Positions 60,200-64,000 of a DNA stretch of 64,000 bases are shown here, piece after piece. The notes under the pieces are model-generated. The model was not told where the DNA came from and ran no database searches. It worked only from the letters and a program-made list of their open reading frames with translations. The stretch is from an uncultured Gammaproteobacteria bacterium. GTDB lineage: Bacteria; Patescibacteriota; Microgenomatia; Levybacterales; UBA12049. The position numbers were made by a program, and so were the translations under genes. Where the stretch lies: contig OZ246394.1 of the NCBI GenBank assembly GCA_965230895.1, positions 313,316-377,315 on the forward strand, in the 5' to 3' direction. Numbering within the stretch: the stretch's first letter is position 1; each line of letters begins with the position of its first letter.

Positions 60200-60271
60200 G
60201 TGTTGTTTATCAAAGAAGACAATTTCATATAAATCATTGACTCTTCACTAGCTTCCCTATACCATAAGAAT

Positions 60272-63118
60272 ATGCACCTAAATCAGTTAACGCAACCTCA
60301 AAAGAAGATGATTTCTTATGGTGTCCTCGCCCTCTTTTTACTCGTTATTCCATTTAATATTATTCTGCTCCAACAACAGAACGATGTCCGAAGTAGAGCT
60401 TCTCAAGATGAATCGTTTGCTCTTACATCTCCGATACAAAACGGGACAATTAAATCCACAGTGACGCTTGCTGCAAATGTAAATGTTCCAATTGGTCATC
60501 ATGGAGTGAAATTCGTTGTCGATGGAGTTTCAGTCGGCTCTGATGACACGGCTCCTTATATGATTCAGTGGGATTCAACAACCATAAAGGATGGAACACA
60601 TACAATCGTTGTAAAAGAAATTAATGAAGAAAAACCTGATGCTGAACGATCTTCTGCTCCAATCACTGTAACAGTTTCAAATGATCCCAATGATAAAACA
60701 GCAGCTGCTGTGACCGCAGTCAAAGAAGATCTTGTTCAAGATAATTTTGCGACAATTGCCTGGGATACCAATGATAAAACTTCTTCACAAGTAATCTATA
60801 AGCAAGTTGGTGGTACAGATAAATATACATCCGTGAATACTGTTTTGACTGATGATCATTCAGTTGCCTTATCGAATTTACAACCAAGTACAGAATATGT
60901 CTATCAGGTCAAAAGTACCGATGCTGCAGGAAATACGACACTCTCTGAAGAGCAATCGTTCGTCACTGCTGCTGACTCAAACGCGACAATTGGACAATGG
61001 CAAAAAGTAAGTGGCTGGAATTTTCCTACCGTGCATGCATCGCTCCTTTATACAGGAGAATTGATGTTATGGAGTTGGAACCCTTCCAATGCTGTTGACG
61101 GAACACAATTATGGAATTATCAAACAAACCAATTTACTAAAGTTGGGATTTCAAATAATATCTTTTGTGCGGGTCAGGCTTTCCTTCCAGACGGAAGACT
61201 CATTGTGGCCGGAGGACATATAAATAATAGTGTTGGAACAAAGAATATTAATATTTATGATCCCGCAACAAAAACCTGGTCTGCAGGTCCAATGATGCGA
61301 GATGGACGCTGGTATCCGACAGTGAACGTTTTACCAAACGGAAAAACAATCATATTAACTGGAGATATTACTACGAGCAAAATGGCTGTGAATCCGGAAA
61401 TATATGACTATAAAACAGGTTCGTTATCACTGGTAAATACTATTCAAACCAATACTCTTGCAGCATACTCAGCAACATTCCCTTTTGAAACGAATAAACT
61501 ATTTACTATTTCCTATGGTAATGCTGATATGTACATAATGGATGCTGATGCAAAGACATGGACGTATAAAGGTAAAGCTCTTAATACCGGAGGTGCAACT
61601 GCACAATATCGACCAGGGAAAATTTTGATGACTGGTGGAAGAGCAGGGTCTGGAGCTGATAAAAAAGCAGCAATCATTGATATTAATAGTGGCAATTTCA
61701 CCTGGAAAACAGTAGCACCAATGCAATATGGCAGATATTTCCATAATTTGGTTAATCTTCCGGATGGGAAAGTCCTTGCAGTTGGAGGCGGTTCGAATTC
61801 CGATACAAGTGGAACAAGTGGTCCTCTCGCAAATGAAATATGGGATCCTGCAACAGAACAATGGACAACTGTAGCTCCTTTAAGTGTGAAGCGTATGTAC
61901 CACTCAACAGCAATACTTCTTCCAGATGGTCGGGTTGTTGCATCAGGTGGAAGAAATGGAAATGGCGAAAATTATGATGCTGAGATCTATTCTCCACCCT
62001 ATCTTTTCAAGGGAAATCGTCCGACTATTTCTCAAGCACCATCATCCATAAATCGTGGATCTACAATTACGATCACTACTCCAGAAGCTTCTTCAATCGG
62101 TCAAGTAAACTTACTTTCACTTGCCGCACAAACACATACACATGATATGAGTCAGAGGTTTGTGCCATTATCGTTTACAAAAACAGCAGGCGGCTTGCAA
62201 GCACAAATTCCAAGTGATATTGCAGTACTTCCAGACGGATATTTCATGCTATTTATTGTTACCAATGATGGCGTTCCTTCCGTTGCTAAAATGATGAAGG
62301 TAACAAATCAAGTTGTTCCGACACCGACAACCCCTGCAACACCAAAACCAACAGCGACAAAAGCACCAACGCCTACATCTACAAAAACAGCAACACCGAC
62401 TCCAACGAAAAAAGTAACTCCTACTCCGACAAGGTCTGCATATCCGACATTGACCAGTACACCAGTGCCTACGAAAAAACCGACAGCAACAATTGCTCCA
62501 ACGTTGCCACCGTCACCAACTCCGACGAGAATTCCAGTAGTTCGACCTACACTACAGCCGACTCCGACAATTAACCCAAGTGCAACCAATCTTGCGCTTT
62601 CAATTGGACTCCATGGTATTGGAAGAGGTGGAGAGAAATTGAGCGCAACTGCTTCAGGAAACCTTGATCCTTTCAGAAAACAGAGAGTCTTTACTGTGGT
62701 TGTCCGAAACCTGGACAACCAGCAAGTTGCCTCAGCATCAGCAATGCTTACGTATAATGATCAGCTTGGCACCTATCAGGGATATATTCCTGTTACCAAT
62801 CTCACTTCAGGACAATATACTTTTGTCTTAAGGACTGCAAATTATCTCGGGCAATCTATTCCAGGGGTGAAGCAAATAACACAACAACAGGCAAATGCTC
62901 TCAGTTCAATTTCTCTCGTTGCAGGTGATGCCAATAATGATAATAAAGTAAGTGTTCTTGACTATAACGTACTTATGGATTGCTTCAGTGACCTCACACC
63001 TCCAAAAGCATGTACTGTAGACAAGAGAAATGCAACTGATTTGAATGATGATGGGTATGTGAATCAAGTTGATTACAATTTCTTCTTGCGTGAACTCTCA
63101 GTATTTGAGGGTAATTAA
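60272..63118 (+). CDS. Galactose oxidase-like copper radical oxidase (AA5) with Ig/Fn3 domains, PT linker and C-terminal dockerin
   Basis: IFCAG (Cys), RWYPT (Tyr), RMYHS (Tyr/His), THTH (His), kelch repeats; GDANNDNKV..LDY and DLNDDGYVN..DY dockerin loops. Confidence 0.9.
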   Translation: MHLNQLTQPQKKMISYGVLALFLLVIPFNIILLQQQNDVRSRASQDESFALTSPIQNGTIKSTVTLAANVNVPIGHHGVKFVVDGVSVGSDDTAPYMIQWDSTTIKDGTHTIVVKEINEEKPDAERSSAPITVTVSNDPNDKTAAAVTAVKEDLVQDNFATIAWDTNDKTSSQVIYKQVGGTDKYTSVNTVLTDDHSVALSNLQPSTEYVYQVKSTDAAGNTTLSEEQSFVTAADSNATIGQWQKVSGWNFPTVHASLLYTGELMLWSWNPSNAVDGTQLWNYQTNQFTKVGISNNIFCAGQAFLPDGRLIVAGGHINNSVGTKNINIYDPATKTWSAGPMMRDGRWYPTVNVLPNGKTIILTGDITTSKMAVNPEIYDYKTGSLSLVNTIQTNTLAAYSATFPFETNKLFTISYGNADMYIMDADAKTWTYKGKALNTGGATAQYRPGKILMTGGRAGSGADKKAAIIDINSGNFTWKTVAPMQYGRYFHNLVNLPDGKVLAVGGGSNSDTSGTSGPLANEIWDPATEQWTTVAPLSVKRMYHSTAILLPDGRVVASGGRNGNGENYDAEIYSPPYLFKGNRPTISQAPSSINRGSTITITTPEASSIGQVNLLSLAAQTHTHDMSQRFVPLSFTKTAGGLQAQIPSDIAVLPDGYFMLFIVTNDGVPSVAKMMKVTNQVVPTPTTPATPKPTATKAPTPTSTKTATPTPTKKVTPTPTRSAYPTLTSTPVPTKKPTATIAPTLPPSPTPTRIPVVRPTLQPTPTINPSATNLALSIGLHGIGRGGEKLSATASGNLDPFRKQRVFTVVVRNLDNQQVASASAMLTYNDQLGTYQGYIPVTNLTSGQYTFVLRTANYLGQSIPGVKQITQQQANALSSISLVAGDANNDNKVSVLDYNVLMDCFSDLTPPKACTVDKRNATDLNDDGYVNQVDYNFFLRELSVFEGN

Positions 63119-63155
63119 TACATAAAGTTTACAAATCTCAAGTATAGTGGAAATT

Positions 63156-63545
63156 ATGTTTAAAGATACCAAAGCATTCTCCGGATTTTCAGTAAGCAAT
63201 ACTGAAAAAGCAAAAGAATTTTATTCTGGAGTTCTCGGAATTGAAGTAACAGAAGAAGCAATGGGGATTCTTTCTTTGCATTTAGCTGGTGGAAATACTG
63301 TTATGATTTATCCCAAAGATAATCATGAACCAGCAACATTCACTATTCTTAATTTTCCTGTCGATGATATTGATGAAGCAGTCGATGAGCTTACGCAAAA
63401 AGGTGTTACGTTCGAACACTATTCCGGAGATATAGCAACCGATGAGAAAGGCATTCTTCGTGGACTAACAGCAAATATGGGTCCGGATATTGCTTGGTTT
63501 AAAGATCCTGCTGGCAATATCCTTTCAGTGCTCCAAAGTAAATAA
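63156..63545 (+). CDS. VOC/glyoxalase family protein
   Basis: [27 protein letters not shown]. Confidence 0.92.
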   Translation: MFKDTKAFSGFSVSNTEKAKEFYSGVLGIEVTEEAMGILSLHLAGGNTVMIYPKDNHEPATFTILNFPVDDIDEAVDELTQKGVTFEHYSGDIATDEKGILRGLTANMGPDIAWFKDPAGNILSVLQSK

Positions 63546-63547
63546 GT

Positions 63548-64000
63548 ATGAACCAACCCGAACTCTTTTTAGCTTCAGAAAAAGCGCTTACTGCTATCGT
63601 TTCACAAATACGAGATGATCAATGGGATCTTAAGGCTCCGAAAGAAATGGTCTTTGATGGAACAGACAAATGGACTGTACGGAGTTTGATTAATTATCAT
63701 GCTTATGATGACGCCTGGGTTCCAGATGTTTTGGCCGGGAAAACAAAAGAAGAAGTTGGGACAAAATATGATGGAGATCTGTTGGGAGCAAATCCTATGG
63801 AAAGTTGGAATGCAATTGTCGATAAAGCTTCAAATGCCGCAAAAAATGCAGATCTAAAAATGAATGTTCATTTATCTTATGGTGACTTTCCTGCAGAAGA
63901 ATATTTGTATCACATCTCGCTATTTCGTACATTAAGGACAGTCGACTTTGCTCGATTTTTAGGCTTTGATGACACTTTACCTGAAGATTTAGCTCAAGGT
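63548..64000 (+). CDS. TIGR03086/MDMPI-like (DinB superfamily) protein, 3' end runs off the window
   Basis: Manual translation MNQPELF..DQW...TVRSLINYH..DDAWVPDVLAG...GDLLG..P..SW...VHLSYGD.PA.EYL; not in ORF track. Confidence 0.8.
   Translation, partial: MNQPELFLASEKALTAIVSQIRDDQWDLKAPKEMVFDGTDKWTVRSLINYHAYDDAWVPDVLAGKTKEEVGTKYDGDLLGANPMESWNAIVDKASNAAKNADLKMNVHLSYGDFPAEEYLYHISLFRTLRTVDFARFLGFDDTLPEDLAQG

Noticed and set aside
62310-62580. Repeat array or CRISPR-like periodicity in ACACC/CCGAC-rich tracts (also 48290-48390, 48840-48940, 49400-49470)
   Set aside because: These encode Pro/Thr linkers within ORFs; there is no constant repeat-spacer structure and no cas gene.

Overview
AT-rich, gene-dense bacterial chromosomal segment using genetic code 11. 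It is most likely from a Patescibacteria/CPR (Microgenomates-like) genome. That placement is an inference from QQQNDVRSRA-type N-termini, PT-linker/dockerin surface proteins, an RND pump without TolC and apparently leaderless genes. There are about 72 CDSs and one tRNA-Gln(UUG). No rRNA, CRISPR array, integrase or transposase was seen. The content is almost all accessory: efflux (RND, four MFS, two MarR), stress/detox families, a bacterial topoisomerase IB missing from the ORF track, an ApbE plus RnfD-FNR flavinylation pair, three soluble PAS histidine kinases, four single-domain receivers, and three large secreted proteins (C-type-lectin/LysM adhesin, tyrosinase with tandem CBM-like domains, galactose-oxidase-type copper radical oxidase with a dockerin). 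Most notable: (1) a LOV blue-light histidine kinase interrupted by one in-frame TGA at the conserved LOV Trp; (2) a recurring (C/T)T(T/C)ACA-N5 direct repeat 9-10 nt upstream of -10 boxes of stress genes, suggesting a regulon fed by the PAS/LOV kinase network; (3) secreted O2-dependent copper enzymes in a lineage usually described as fermentative; (4) an SD-occluding hairpin on a Gln/Ala/Glu/Tyr-rich protein. All family assignments come from motif recognition, not database searches.
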